A stretch of 64,000 bases of DNA, from positions 27,342,001 to 27,406,000 of the forward strand of contig NC_088856.1 of assembly GCF_963853765.1 (NCBI RefSeq), read 5' to 3'. Of this stretch, positions 36,912 through 50,753 are shown piece after piece. Position numbers and translations under genes: made by a program. This DNA comes from Magallana gigas. Its lineage: Eukaryota. Below the pieces are notes generated by a model. The model ran no database searches. It was not told the DNA's origin and worked only from the letters and a program-made list of their open reading frames with translations. Position 1 is the first letter of the stretch. Each line of letters begins with the position of its first letter.

Positions 36912-39575
36912 ATGTGGATTCTTTTACTCTTAATTTGGAGGGTTTCAGGTTAGTTTATATATAAATTTTAAATTGAAGTGTTTTCTTTGTTCATGCATTT
37001 TAATGTGAAATAAGATGTCTCCGTTTTATAATTTTCAGACTGCATCACACCGGAACCTTGTTTGTTTTCTCCACATACCGATGGATGTGGAAACCATGGA
37101 TGGATGTGGCAATGCGGACACCGTAACCTATCTGTGATACCCAATGGTCAGCACATACCATCAGAATATACAAACACATCGTTGACCGTTGATTTATCCG
37201 AAAACCGCTTTACCGCAATATCCCTGGAAACATTCAACACCATTGACTCTGTTCTCCGGTTGTGCATCACATCTCTTTCCTTACGGGGCAATCCCATTCA
37301 ATCTATTGGAAACTTTTCTTTTCAAGCTCTACATAATCTTTGTGAATTGGATCTTTCAAGCTGTCGTCTGCATATGACATCATTTGAAATTTATTCGTTC
37401 GCAAATCTTAATAGTCTGAAAATTTTATGTCTTCATGACAATTCATTTCGGGGGAGCGGTTACCCCGATGTTGCTATTTCAAAGGCAAAGACAACAGAAA
37501 ACTTGACAATTGATGTATTTGACGGATTTCAGTTTAGTTCATCGTTTCAAAATTTAACTAAAATGAGCATTATCAAATTTTTCACTGGAAGATCTAAGTT
37601 CCATTTAACCAATTCCACTTTTCGCGGGTTGATAAAATCTCCTATAATAAACTTGGAAATGATATTTAGATACAGGGTTTATGGTGATGTCAGTGAAGAT
37701 ATCTTTTGTTCTTTCCCATTTCTGAAAGGGGTGCAGATTCAGTTTGGAGGAATGTGTGATATAAGCGTAGCATTAAAATCTTTAAAGTGTCTACAAAATC
37801 GAACTATGGACCACATTGTTGCAAACGGAAATGAGCCAATGATTGCTAAAAAAGCACTGTTTCTTGATAATGAAAATTGTAAATATCTCTTTAATATTTG
37901 TTCCAAAAGAGTTGAATTAAGTGCAAATCGTATCGTGGGAATTTATTACAATCTTTTGAACACTGTGATGGGTCAGTGCATGGAATACTTTGACATTTCA
38001 TCAAACAGCATCGTATATCTCAACATATGGTACTTGACAGATTTTTTGACACGATATCCAAATCTGCAGGTATTTAACTATAGCTCAAATAATGACAATT
38101 GTAATTGTGATGGTTCCTTGCAGTATCCTTTCCAACAACTTGCAGCAACAAGAATGATTGAAACCGAAACATTTTCACAGAATGCATCCAATATTTTTGT
38201 ATCTAACAATACAAGAAAAACACATTTTAAAAAAAGAGTGATAATAACATTTAAAATGTCGGAAAAACTAACAGTGTTGCAGGTCTCCAAAAATCATGTG
38301 AAACTGTTTACTTTTCCCTCACTTTTTGATTTAGCTGTTATTGCCAAAAATTTAAAAGAATTATATTTAAATCATATTAACTTGCCATTTAAATATATGT
38401 TACCTATTCAAGCCCCTTCCTTGGAGATTATCGACATTTCGTACAATGATTGCAGGGAAATAAAAGCAGACTTTTTAATGTATACTTTAAAACTGAGAAT
38501 ATTTTTGGCATCTTATACAAATTTAAGCTATGCTGGTACTCTTAAAAATGGAACATATTTCCGTGGATTAAATAACCTTTGCATAGCTGACTTAAGCCGC
38601 AATTTGTTAACTTATATGCCAGCAGCAATGTTCGTAGATCAAAAACATTCGCTATTTACTATCAATTTAGATTTTAATTTGCTCTCGACCATTCCTGTGT
38701 CAAATTTGAAAAATCTTAAGCGCTTATATTTACGTCAAAACAAAATCTCATTTTTTTCAAGAAATGCTATTGAAAAAGTATTATCAAATGAAAAGGCTGT
38801 TGTTTTCATTGAAGGGAATCCGATAAGTTGCGAATGCACACACATTTGGTCACTGAAATGGATGAAAGAAAACCAAGACAGGTTTGGAGATTTAAATAAA
38901 ACCTTTTGCATCAACAAAAAAGTGTTTCTGTCGATGTTCCTTCGCCAGAAGGTATTTGAAAAGTTTGAGTTGGAGTGTCAATCAGATGCATGGTTAATAG
39001 GTACCTTCTTTGCATTTGTGTTGCTCATGATTGTTTTACTTACTTCAGCAGTTGTCAAACGGTATCGTGTTCATATCGATTACGTTATTTTACGCCTTCG
39101 TAGTCGATGGAAAGGCGTCATGCACGTTTCGAATTCGGACGAGTTTCGGTTTGATGCTTTCGTCTCCTACACCGAGGAAGACTACCAGCTCGCTTGCATT
39201 ACTTTTTACCAAGCTCTGACCAGTCTGGGTTTCAAAATCAGTTTACCTGATAAAGACTTTTTACCCGGAATATCTAAATCGGAACAACTACTTCAATGCA
39301 TTGACCAGAGTCGAAAAGTTGTCATTATTGTCACCGAAAGTTTTTTAGAAAACGGCTGGAACTCGTACGCGGTGCAAATGGTTGTTACCCATGCTTTTCA
39401 TAACCAAAGGGAACGGTCAATTATAGTAGTAATCAAAGACGACATTTCCATCGCGAGATTGCCTAGAGACCTGAAATATATTTGGTGGTCTATAGTCAGC
39501 ATCAGATGGCCAGATGGAAACGAGGACTTGAATAAATTCTGGGAAGAAATTGTTGCCGCTTTACGCACTGATTAA
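36912..39575 (+). CDS. Toll-like receptor TLR-C, full length (exons 36912-36948, 37039-39575; ~857 aa)
   Basis: Short signal exon MWILLLLIWRVS, phase-1 intron, LRRs, LRR-CT, TM, complete TIR. Confidence 0.93.
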
Positions 39576-40364
39576 AAGCGGGACCTTTTACAAGTGACGT
39601 CATCAAAGTACTGAATAGACAGTTTTGGACGTATTTATCATAGTTTGACAATCACGAAGTTTTTGTATGTACCTTGCTTTAAATTGTTGTGCTAGCTAGT
39701 AGCAAAGCAATGTCTAGTTCTTTGCATGTTAAGAATTCAATGTCTTTCTTTAATATTTTAATTGTACATACTATGGAGTGTATTTATTCACTATTATCTA
39801 CGACATTTTGCTGTGAAATGATTCATCTACTGTATCTAATATACATCTTTAGTGTTTCGAAGAATATTTAATTCAAGGGTGTAAAAAACCTACATTAGAA
39901 ATGAGTATATTATAGTACTTCTGAATTAATATTTTTATTTTAAGAAAAGAATTTAAGATTATCACAGTATCACCATTAAACGCGTCGAAATTAGACGAAC
40001 CATAAAATTCTGTAAGAATTTCGCTTTGCTATTTTTATAAACATCTTGAAATTGTAAGTGTAAACTTAAGGTAGAACAATTTAAGACAATAACAAAAATA
40101 AAAGGCAATGCCAAATTTTCCGTGTTTTTTCCTCGATCGCAACGCTATTATAATATGCATAAACATTCTATACTTACATGTATACATGCTTTTAATCAAG
40201 AATATATTTCAAAGCCTGTTATCACTGGGGGAAAAAAACACCCGAGTTCATGAACCACAATTAATTCCAATGCACGTCCTGTAATTCTGATCCAGAACAG
40301 GGCAAGTCTGAAATAGACTAATCATCCAACTGAACGAATAATGACAATTCTGGATAGTAACGTA

Positions 40365-41179
40365 CGAGGGTCAATAAAAAAATACGAAGACAATGTTGCT
40401 GTCTACCATATATTTTTCATGAAAGTCATACTTAACAGATCAATCTGTGCACCAACACTTATGTTATTGATATGCGAAGTTTTAGTCTATTTGATGAAAC
40501 GGTATTTTTGTTACCCCTTTTTTTGTCACCACGGCGCACGATAACGTTCAAAACATGACGTCAAGATTAAACACAGTTTATAGATATACCCAATCATTAT
40601 ATAACGCATAGTCTTTTGTACCTTAAATTTTTAAAATTTATTACAGTTAAACACAAACTTGCAAAATAATTGTTGACTTATTTTTTGCACCATTAAGCAT
40701 TTTCACAGCTTGTATCGGCTTCTTCCTGAGTTAATCCATTTTGTTTGTAATTCTCGTTGCGCCGTGACGTCCGGCGACGTCGATGTTTTTAGTCAATTCT
40801 AATGAGGACTGTCTGTCTTCAGTTACTAATATCTGTTGGACAAAACAATATATCCCGTCATTATTTGGAACATAGAGTACCAAGACAAAACTTAATTTAA
40901 GGTTTTAAGATTATTTGGTTTTAAGCCCAATTTATAGAGATATTACCTTCAACATTATATGGTTTATTGTTGACATAACACAAATTTTGACCGTGCGCCG
41001 TGACCTCATTTTTGCAGGATTAGATTCTAAACAATTCTTTGAAATAAAGGAATTTATTAACTTTTTTCTTGCAAATTGTTTGAAACTTTTGCCAAATTAT
41101 GTCTACCAAATTAAGTAATGATATGACGTTAAGTATCATTGCTATGACAAAAGTCTTCGTATTTTTTGATTGACCCTCG
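40365..41179. mobile_element. 815-bp non-autonomous mariner-like element
   Basis: TA|CGAGGGTCAATAAAAAAATACGAAGAC ... GTCTTCGTATTTTTTGATTGACCCTCG|TA: near-perfect TIRs with TA duplication. Confidence 0.9.
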
Positions 41180-43099
41180 TAGAATGTGAACAAAGATGTT
41201 ATCAACAAAGTTTATTAGTCTGATTGCAATTCTTTGGAAATTTAAAAATATGTCAATTTTTTCAAAGCACTAAAAGACTAATTCTGAGATATTGCTTATT
41301 TATTAATTGTCTTCTATTTGAACGACTTAGCTTTACCCATGAGACATTCAAAAAATAAACTAATACATATGTAACAAAAGTAGAAAAGTATTTGAAATAT
41401 ATGTATGATATGAAATACATCCAGATCTTATACAGCAAAAAATGCTGGAACAAAATGGTCCGATAACTAAGTCTTACTTAATTAAGTCACATTACGGTAT
41501 AACATATATTTAGTCTCAAGACGGGCATAAATATGTTTACAATTGAGTTAACAAGGATGATGATAATGCTGCTTTTAAATGACCCCTTCGTGAATTATTT
41601 TAAGAATGAACAAACGATGGTGTCTTTGAGAGGTCAGCATTTACATCATTGATTTAGGTACTGATTTTAAATCAGTGATTGGTACGACATACTGATGTTC
41701 AATGGTGAACGTTATGTCATCATCTGTCATGTTTATTTGTTTGTTTGTTTTTGGTAGGTGTTTGGTTTTTTGGAAAAGGGGGGGGGGCTTTAGTAATCTA
41801 AATCATCAGTATGCAGATTATCAAAGGAAAATGTTTGCCGAAGTTCAATATTCTAATAATGTTCAATAAAAGAATTATTTAACAATCTTTTCTATTGCCA
41901 AAATGCACGTGTAACAATGTAATTTTTGCCACTTGCAAAAAACAAACAAACAAAAAAACCAACCAAAAACCAAAAACAAATAAAAACAAAACAAAAGAAA
42001 AACAAAACAGTCATAACAATATACGTATTTGTCAATATGAATAATTTTCGTTATTCTTTATTTCAATGCCTATGGCTTTATGTTCAGATAGTAAACAAGT
42101 CTAAACTGTTAATTTTGAAAAAATGAACTTTGATCGGACACAGTAAAACAAAGATAAGTACTATGTACATAAAAGCCAATCAAACCCAGAAAATTCCCAA
42201 ATTTATCAAATACGAAATATTTCCTGAACTTTCCTTCCGTGTATTGTGTTTAATTGATAATGTCTCTCGTAAAAGTATACTCTTCATTTTTTTTATTTAC
42301 AGTGACCCTAAAACATTTAATTTCCTGCATTAGGCAGAAATTACATTTGATTAACAACCAAATTTTTTTTAATACCTGAAAGCTGATAGAAATACAAAAA
42401 AAAAAATGATATCAACGGTACTAAAATATATATTTATGTCATATTTCATCATCATTTTCTTTAACGGTTTTTTGGCCGGGTAATGTAACGAAGAAATCAA
42501 AGTTTTGAAAAGTGTTAATGCAATAATTGAATTGGAATAAAACTAAAATGGAAATGTTTCTTTAGTCTTAAAATGTGTCACATTGATCATTTTTTACCGT
42601 ACACAACAAAACAGATACGAAAATGCATGGACATGCAGGACAAAGTTAGAAAAGCAAGGTGAAGGATTTTTTTAATAAAATGAATGGTAACCGAAAATAG
42701 GAAACGGCTAAAAAAATCACTATTGTACGTTGAAAAAATGTCGACAAAGATAATAATTTATTTTTTAAAAAGGCGCTTTTGATCCGTTAGCGTTCTAAAT
42801 GTTATGGTTAATCTATCAAACTCTTCTCTATTTAAATGAAATTCACATTTCATAATTGATTGATTAGGTGTGGGCTTTTCAAGACCATACATGTATTTAA
42901 AGAATATGGACCGATTGTTTGTAACCACTGATGATTGAAACATATTTTGCTTAACAAAAAGATCTGACGAAATAAAAAGAAAACCAAAGTAAAGCAAAAT
43001 ATGGTTGTGGTATAGAAATATTGACAGCGTTAGATACAATATTGAGACATATTATTTTATTAAATATGGTAAAATAATGTAAAAGATGGTGCATTAAAT

Positions 43100-43880
43100 T
43101 TGATCTGAAAGCTCAAGTGACAATTCTGATAAATTTTTTTCCGGTGTCCGTCTGTCCATCTAGTTGTTCGACGTTCTGTCTGGTATGCCTGTAAACATTT
43201 TTACATGTTTGACTTCATCTACGGAACCACTGGGCCGATGTCAATCAAACTTGGCAAAAAGCATTGATAGATAAATGGAATTCAAATAAAGTGTTTCACC
43301 CCTTTTTAAAGGGAAGTAATCAAGACTTATTTAACTTTATTGGTATCTTTAAACAAAAATTTTTCCTCAAAAACCAATCGGTCAAAAAAGCTGAAACTTA
43401 TTTGAAAGCATCCTCGGGTAATGTAGTTTCAAGTCTTTGAATATCAAGTAATCCAATAGGCCAGAAAGCTGGAAATTGTATGGAAGTATGCTCAGGGACT
43501 GTCCATTTCCTTAGAGGTAAAGTAAGCTACAAAACAACGAGGGTTCGGATTTAACATAGATATATTAGAGAAAAACCTTTTGAAAAAATTTCAAAAATCA
43601 ATTGGTCAGAGAGGTTGTACCTTGAGTGAGAGCAACTTAAGATTTTGCAGATTCAAGTCTCTTAAAGTCATAATTTCCGAGGTACATGTAGGTTGGAGAC
43701 ATTTGATTTTGAATTTAGCTATTTTTAATTATTTTCGGAAACTTAATTAAATAACATACTATATAGTTTTTTATGTACTTGACGTATATATACGTGTATG
43801 CAAGCATATTGCAATTGACATTATGTTGAGAACCGCAATGCTTATAATGTGACATGACTATAAAATCATTCTGCTACACA
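43100..43880 (+). mobile_element. Non-autonomous Helitron/Helentron-like element with diverged ~166-bp satellite-like internal units
   Basis: CTGAAAGCTCAAGTGA start, GTCC microsatellite, AACCACTGGGCC..TCAAACTTGGC..AAGCAT motifs recurring internally; resembles the abundant oyster Helitron-N family from recall; ends approximate. Confidence 0.6.
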
Positions 43881-44109
43881 AGGGTCGGACTCATGTTTAA
43901 CATGGGATCTTGGGACATCCTCCCTCCCTCAGAGTTTAAAGTATAAAACAATCTGAGCTGTAACAAACATGTTTTGTGTTTATAACTATTCAAATATATA
44001 TGATATTTTCTCGATGATATAGCCCATCCATCTCTACAAACTATATTTCTTTTTTTTTTTAAATCACGTTTTCCAAATAAAGTTTTGTAAGAAATCCTGT
44101 TAACATCAG

Positions 44110-47100
44110 ATTAACTAAAAGATCAATTGTCTTTTTAAGTCTTGTATAATGGCGAAATGGCAATAATTCTTTTCATTTTCATAGAATTAGAATTTTATCG
44201 TATTCAATACGACAAATCGGGTTTGAACGAAATATTTTTCAATATTAATCAAGCTACTAAATCACTGTGTGTATTCTTTTTAACGTCATTTCCGTAAAAA
44301 CACTCCAGACTATTGTGTTTATTCTGTATTGACAAAGGTTTGTGATCCTTCTGGTTGTTTTCCTCTGTGTTTGTAGCTATAGCAGGGTGGTATTAATAAG
44401 TGTAAATTAAGAAAACTACCCGAATACATATGATTGATAATCATTCGTAAAGATGAGGAAAAATACTAAATGGATTTGCGCCATTCATGTTGGAAACCAT
44501 TGCTCTGTTGAGTTGTTTAATCTAGCGGAAAAACGACAAAGAACTGTATCAGCTAACATTCTTTTATCATTAGTGCTATGGTTTAGTTTAAGATATAGCA
44601 GATGCATATATGTGAATTGTTTTTCACTCACTCAAAGTGATTAATCCTGCTAAAGATACAAAGTGTGTTATTCATTGATTATGATGATTTAAAACAGAAG
44701 AGAACATTGCTTATATTGTTTATGCATATAAATGACAAGCACCGATTCAGAATACAATTTTCAGTTGAAACTGCTGCTGGATTTTCATAAACACTTTAGA
44801 ACAAATATCTATGATAATATGTAAATGATACGTTAAACATTGTCAAATACACCTGTATATCTATTATATCAAATCACTTAATTACTGTATATAATTTTTT
44901 TTTAAAATTACCCCTTAGCTATCACGTTCCTGAAAGTATTTACCGGTNNNNNNNNNNNNNNNNNNNNNNNNNNNNNNNNNNNNNNNNNNNNNNNNNNNNN
45001 NNNNNNNNNNNNNNNNNNNNNNNNNNNNNNNNNNNNNNNNNNNNNNNNNNNNNNNNNNNNNNNNNNNNNNNNNNNNNNNNNNNNNNNNNNNNNNNNNNNN
45101 NNNNTGTATATTACCCGTGTGATAAACCTTTGCTATATCAAACGGGTGATGCTTTATCAAATACTTCCGGTCCGAACTATTTTTGACACAAGCCCTCGCT
45201 TCAACGCTTCAGTGACCTATTTTCGAAGATATGCTATAGTACTTTCAACATAACTATATCTATTACAAAAATTAGTATAAAATATTTTGTCAAAGATTTA
45301 AATTACAAATATGAAGTAAAACACATAACTGCGAGGCACAGGCGTCGGAACCGGGGGCTATTGTGAGTGGGGCCGGGGGGTTAGCCATTATTTTTTACCG
45401 TAACCACAAGACCCTTTTTTCTTGTTTGTCAAGATTTTTGATAAGTTTAGCCCACTTCCAACTTTCAATTTGCGTTGTGAAGTTTATAAAACTGCAAATT
45501 ACGTTAACTATCAAGGAGTTCATCTTTACGACGCGATGAAAACAGAGCGCTCTGGTTGTGTTTATATACAAGAACTTAACGAAATAATGTTTCATAAGAC
45601 TTTTATTCCACCACCAGTAAGCATCCTTATTCACTATTTTCAATTTCGAATCATAAGGCTAGGCTAGTGTTTGTTTTATTAAACATCAACAACTTTTCCT
45701 CGTTCGAGTCAATTCAAACTAACGAGCATTCGCAACTTTGTGTATGTCAACAACCTTGATTATTCAAGTCTTCTAATCGGAATTTCCATTTAATTTAGAG
45801 AATAAGCGCTAAGAAAAATTATGTAGAGCTAAAAAATTATTTTAAGGTTTATTTCAGTGAAACTTTACATTAAAACAGTTAGATTTATCTCAGGAATGCC
45901 GGTATTGTTTTAACTTAAAACTTATTTTCCTAAATCCTTTTCTAATAAATAACTAAAAATGCAGTAACTAGAAACATTTCTGGTTAAACAAGCTGAAAGA
46001 AGCCAGTAAAAATCTATCTAAAGATAAGACAGATGAAAGTCTGCAGTTCTGCACTCATCTCACCGATTCGGTAAATACATGTATTGTTTAATTTCTCATA
46101 AGTTTAGATAACAAGTGCTTGTATTTCCTAACACACTCTTGATATTAAGTAAAACGCTGCATTTACAAGTACAAAATGAATCTGATATGCCCTTAAAAAA
46201 CACAATTCCTTATTTTTATTCTTAACTAGGCGGAGTCTAATTATTTCTACCCTATATATTTTGATGAAATATCTTGCATGTAGTTTTACCGTTATATCAA
46301 TTGTTTTTAGATAAAACAAAAAATTAACGGCCCCTATTTCCTATGTAGTCTTGAATGTTGTCAAATGTTTAGAAGGCACTATACGGGAATTTGTTGAAAA
46401 TGCGCTAAATCTCATTTTTCCGCATACATATTTTTTTTTTATCTCTGCCCATTATTTTTTTCGACCGATTGATTTATTGTTTAGAACTGATCGTGAGGGT
46501 TTCAGCTCTGTCAGTATCTATAGAGCTATGATTCACGCTTGGTTTTTTATGAATTGGAGAGACACAACTGGGTGTGTAAAGTACAAATCAAACAAATAAA
46601 TGCTTTCTCATGTGATTTATGCACGATATGAAGGTGGCAACATTGCAAAAGAATAAAATAAATGAATAAATATAATTAACATAACACGCCCTAGCGGTTA
46701 ATGTAATTTTTTTCTGCGATTATCGCTACCGTCATAACCCGTATGAATCATAAATGGAAGTATTTTGTTGTTTCAATTTACATCCTGCATGATTTCTAAA
46801 TATACGTTACAAACAAAAACTAAACGATAAAAAAAATTGTACATTATGTTCATGCATGTTTTTAATACAAGATTTTTTAAGTCGCACGCATTATGTTTAA
46901 AAAAGTGAGAAACTGTTATCGTGCCTGTACCTACGGTGTCGCAAGTGTTCGGAATATTTTTCTAAACATGAGTAGTTAGTGATAATGTATTACTAAAAAT
47001 GTTTGACATCATAATTACAGCTCATATTTTTACAACCATATATAAAATTATTGACTCCCTATTTTCTGCTATAATACCGATAAATCCTGATCGAAAAAAC

Positions 47101-48405
47101 TGTATAATATTATAAACGTTGAACCTACCACATATTTTTTATCGGAACTTATTCTTTAATTCGATAAGCATTACTTAATCAATTACTCTGTTTGTCAAGA
47201 CCAATCTCGATATATATTCATTTTCTTGTGACAATTACTGAAGAACTTGCAATTGTGAATATCAGACGGTTTCACGATCCCGTCCGAACCTTGGCTTCAT
47301 TTTCGGATTCATTTAATTATTTACGGCTTTAATGAAGTGTGTAAAATTTACAAATGATTTTGGAATGTAGGATACATAAAGACTTATTATGTAGCTTGAA
47401 TACAGCGCACTGACGGTGTATTTATATGACTGCATAAGGTTTGGATTATGGGTAATGGACGGTTGAGAGTTATCTTAAACCGATGGTGAAATATACATTC
47501 AAAACACGGGATCAATCTCTGCATAACGCATGTTTTCTCTATGATACTAAACCTACATATTTGCTATGGAATAGTCACACACAGATGAAAAGTATATGGA
47601 TGTCATTTTTCAGGTGTGAGCACGCCCGAAATGTGAATAAGCAAAAGCGGTTGGGGGGGGGGCTTAGCAATTGTAGAAAAACGATCACAGTAGTTCGAAA
47701 AAAAATGTATAGAAGCGACTGGAAAGTAAAAATATCCCACATACACTAAAAAATACCTTTTTAAATTATGTGAAATTTATCAATATTGGATGGGGGTGAA
47801 TATCATCCGATCTAGGAAAGGGCGCTCTTTTCCATAAATTCTGCATAAAGTCGAATGGAAAAAATCTTTTGAACAGAAAGGGTGGTGTAAAGGGCATGAT
47901 CCTGGCAGTGGTAGAATTAACTACTTTTTCTTATTGTGTTTATCTGTGAATATACAGGTTAAAGTTTAGTTACCGTGGTGATTACTTCAAAAGAATAATT
48001 CAGTGCTGCTACTATAATTGCATCAATAAGTTGTACAATGGATCATGATTAAACAAGATTGTATGATACGTTACTTCTGATATTGTTTTCAAAGTTCATT
48101 ACTAAAATATGACAATTTAATAATTTCTACTCGATGTTCGTAGATGCTGATAACAAAGTGCTGTATTTTACGTTTATTAAACAAATTTATTCACAGTAAT
48201 GATTGTTGACGTTGCGTATGCGAAACACGACGTCATGATTTTCCTATTGAAAAAGCATCACTGCAAATGGGCAAAAAACTCTACTTAGAATAAGCGTATA
48301 GCCATAAAATTTTAGATTTGAGAACTTTAAGATGTGTTTAATTCAATTATGTAAAAATCTAAAAATGTGAAAAAATGTCATAAGCACCCTGTTCTCATGG
48401 GCGCA

Positions 48406-48497
<92 letters not shown>

Positions 48498-49222
48498 GCG
48501 GATTAATGAAAATGATCGTCGTTTTGTTTTTCAGATTAATCCGTACTATGCCAAAATGTTGCTTCAGGGTCACGACTGGCAAAAAAGTTTTAAGACTCGA
48601 TTAATATTAACGAACAGTAGGTGTATATACATCTACAGCTGTGTCCAGATATTTTTTATCCTCTCTCTTCTTAATTGTTTTTTTTTTTTGAATTGGTAAG
48701 TAGATAACGCGGTTTTAAATTTAATACTTAAGTTGTTTTCTTCCTGCATGAATACATTACTTTATTTATGTAAAAAATCATACGTTTTCATTAATGTTGG
48801 TTTTATTTAACAGACACAAGAGGAACCCTCACAAGTTATTGTTCCATTCCAAGGACATGCCTGTTTTCAAACAGTGAGTGTTAAGCCGTGGGAAGTGAAA
48901 TACTGATCATAGTACTTTATTAGAGAAAAAAAAACATTCATATATAAAAATCATTTCAAATGTTGTACGTTATTTTGTATAACATGTAATTAATATCAAA
49001 CTGCAAGAGATTAAGATTTCCCAATTTTTAAAGTGTATTCATTTGTGGTATGGAATTTCAGTAAATAAATCAAAAGAGAGCGAGCTCATCCTAGTTTTAT
49101 GGCCCAGGGGACTTGCATTTGAAAATATGTAAGTAAGGTATGAAATGGTAACTTTTGAGAAATGTATGCTTTTTTCACTGCTTTGACTGTTGTATGCCTT
49201 TAAGATCTTATGTAAAGAAAAA
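44110..49222 (+). pseudogene. Duplicated, dead 5' portion of ARIH2 (promoter region, intron sequence, coding exons 2-3; first coding exon deleted)
   Basis: 44110-44650 aligns to 60540-61050; 44670-44947 to 62310-62580; exons 48535-48616 (INPYYAKMLLQGHDWQK, +14 nt frameshift) and 48814-48873 (HKRNPHKLLFHSKDMP) match 62660-62727 and 62930-62993; intron homology continues to ~63350. Confidence 0.88.
48409..48493. repeat. (AT)n microsatellite, ~42 units
   Basis: Direct reading. Confidence 0.97.
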
Positions 49223-50565
49223 AAAAACATTTCATTTGTCCTCTCAGAAACATGCTTGGGTGGGCCAGAAAGAGTGTATTATCGACGTGCAATGAAGCGT
49301 AGTTTTATCAAATGATTAGCGGAAGGAAATTAAGACAGAATAACCAGATATAAAAAATACAAAACCCTATATTTATTTCCTGTTTCCATCGGTGCTTAAT
49401 ATTTTAAGCATTGTGAAAAAATTGAAATACTTCTGATTTAATAGATTGATCATTGTGATTTGAAACATTAATAAACGCATACATTTTACGAATAGAAAAT
49501 TTCCTACATATATATAATATGGCTGCACGTACGTTTTTAGTGGCGTTTAGGAGTTAGAAAATTGATCATCGACTGATAATAGGAAAACGAAAACCGATAA
49601 AAAATGAATTTGCTGATATGTCCTGATTGTAATTAGTATATGTATAAAAATAGACATTGCAGTAGTTTTTTCTAGTCAATTAAGCCAAATTTCAATGAAG
49701 AAAAATACGTACAAAATTTGCTAACAAACGACATAAAAGGGTACCGCGTTATTTGGCCTCATGTTAAATTTCACCCCTGACGACGAGACGGGTAAGGTTG
49801 TATTAGGACCTTGACGTCGCATTAAATAAAGGTCAAAATAATCAAATTACAAATAAACATGTGTACGTGTTGTTCGCATATATTTCTGAAGTTTTCTTTC
49901 TTTACAATCGATGCATAGCATGCGGGTTGAAAAACCCCAATCATCCGGGGGACAAAACCAAACGGTTTCATTTTTCTAAAAATTCCCGTGATGCCCTTCG
50001 GTTTGTTTTTTTTCCGTTTGCCCAAAAAGAAATTATTTTTATTTACTTTGAATATTTCTAAATTTGTGAATAAGACTGATTCTGCTCGTGTAAATAGGAG
50101 AAAGTCCATAACTTTCTAAGACAATTGGTTTGTGTGGAAAAAAATTGATGCTATTGTAACAAAAAAATCGGACCAAGCAGCTTTAACATGTTATCTAGTA
50201 GATATATCTTGTTTATTAAGCTGTTAAGTAGTAGATATTTTAATGATTTTTTTTTTCAAAAGTACATTTCAAATTGGTTATGTAAGGTTGAACGTTTCAT
50301 TTTATATTACAAAACTAAATATACTCAAAACCCCTGGTGACGCTGTATTTGTGCTCATGGCGCATGAATTAGCAAAGTGTATGAATGGGAAATTGAATGT
50401 AACAGATTTTCAATGCAAACATAAGGGGAAATATACACTGAATGTAAATGTAAAATTGTTAAAGTAACTGTGCCTTTTTCATGTTTTCATTTTATGCTAA
50501 TGGATAAAAACATTCTAGTGTTCAAACGTTTGTGTATGTCCGCAACACACTCTAGTATTCTAACT

Positions 50566-50753
50566 TTCAAATTTCAGCAACAATAATTTTTTTAATGTTT
50601 GTGTCATTCTTCCCTATATAGGAGTGTATAAAATCCCCATCAATTAAGTATAAATTGCAAGAAAATATTTCTACCTTCAAATTTCAGCAACAATAATTTT
50701 TTTAATGTTTGTGTCATTCTTCCCTATATAGGAGTGTATAAAATCCCCATCAA
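50566..50753 (+). repeat. Direct duplication: identical 78-bp block at 110-bp period upstream of TLR-D
   Basis: TTCAAATTTCAGCAACAATAA...CCCTATATAGGAGTGTATAAAATCCCCATCAA at 50566-50643 and 50676-50753. Confidence 0.92.

Noticed and set aside
40260-41260. Cys-containing frame across the empty mariner site (ILDSNVECEQRCYQQ)
   Set aside because: Short, stop-interrupted, and without recognisable homology
48343-48699. 110-aa and 79-aa ORFs with IY repeats
   Set aside because: Artefacts of translating the (AT)n microsatellite, partly overlapping the psiARIH2 exon
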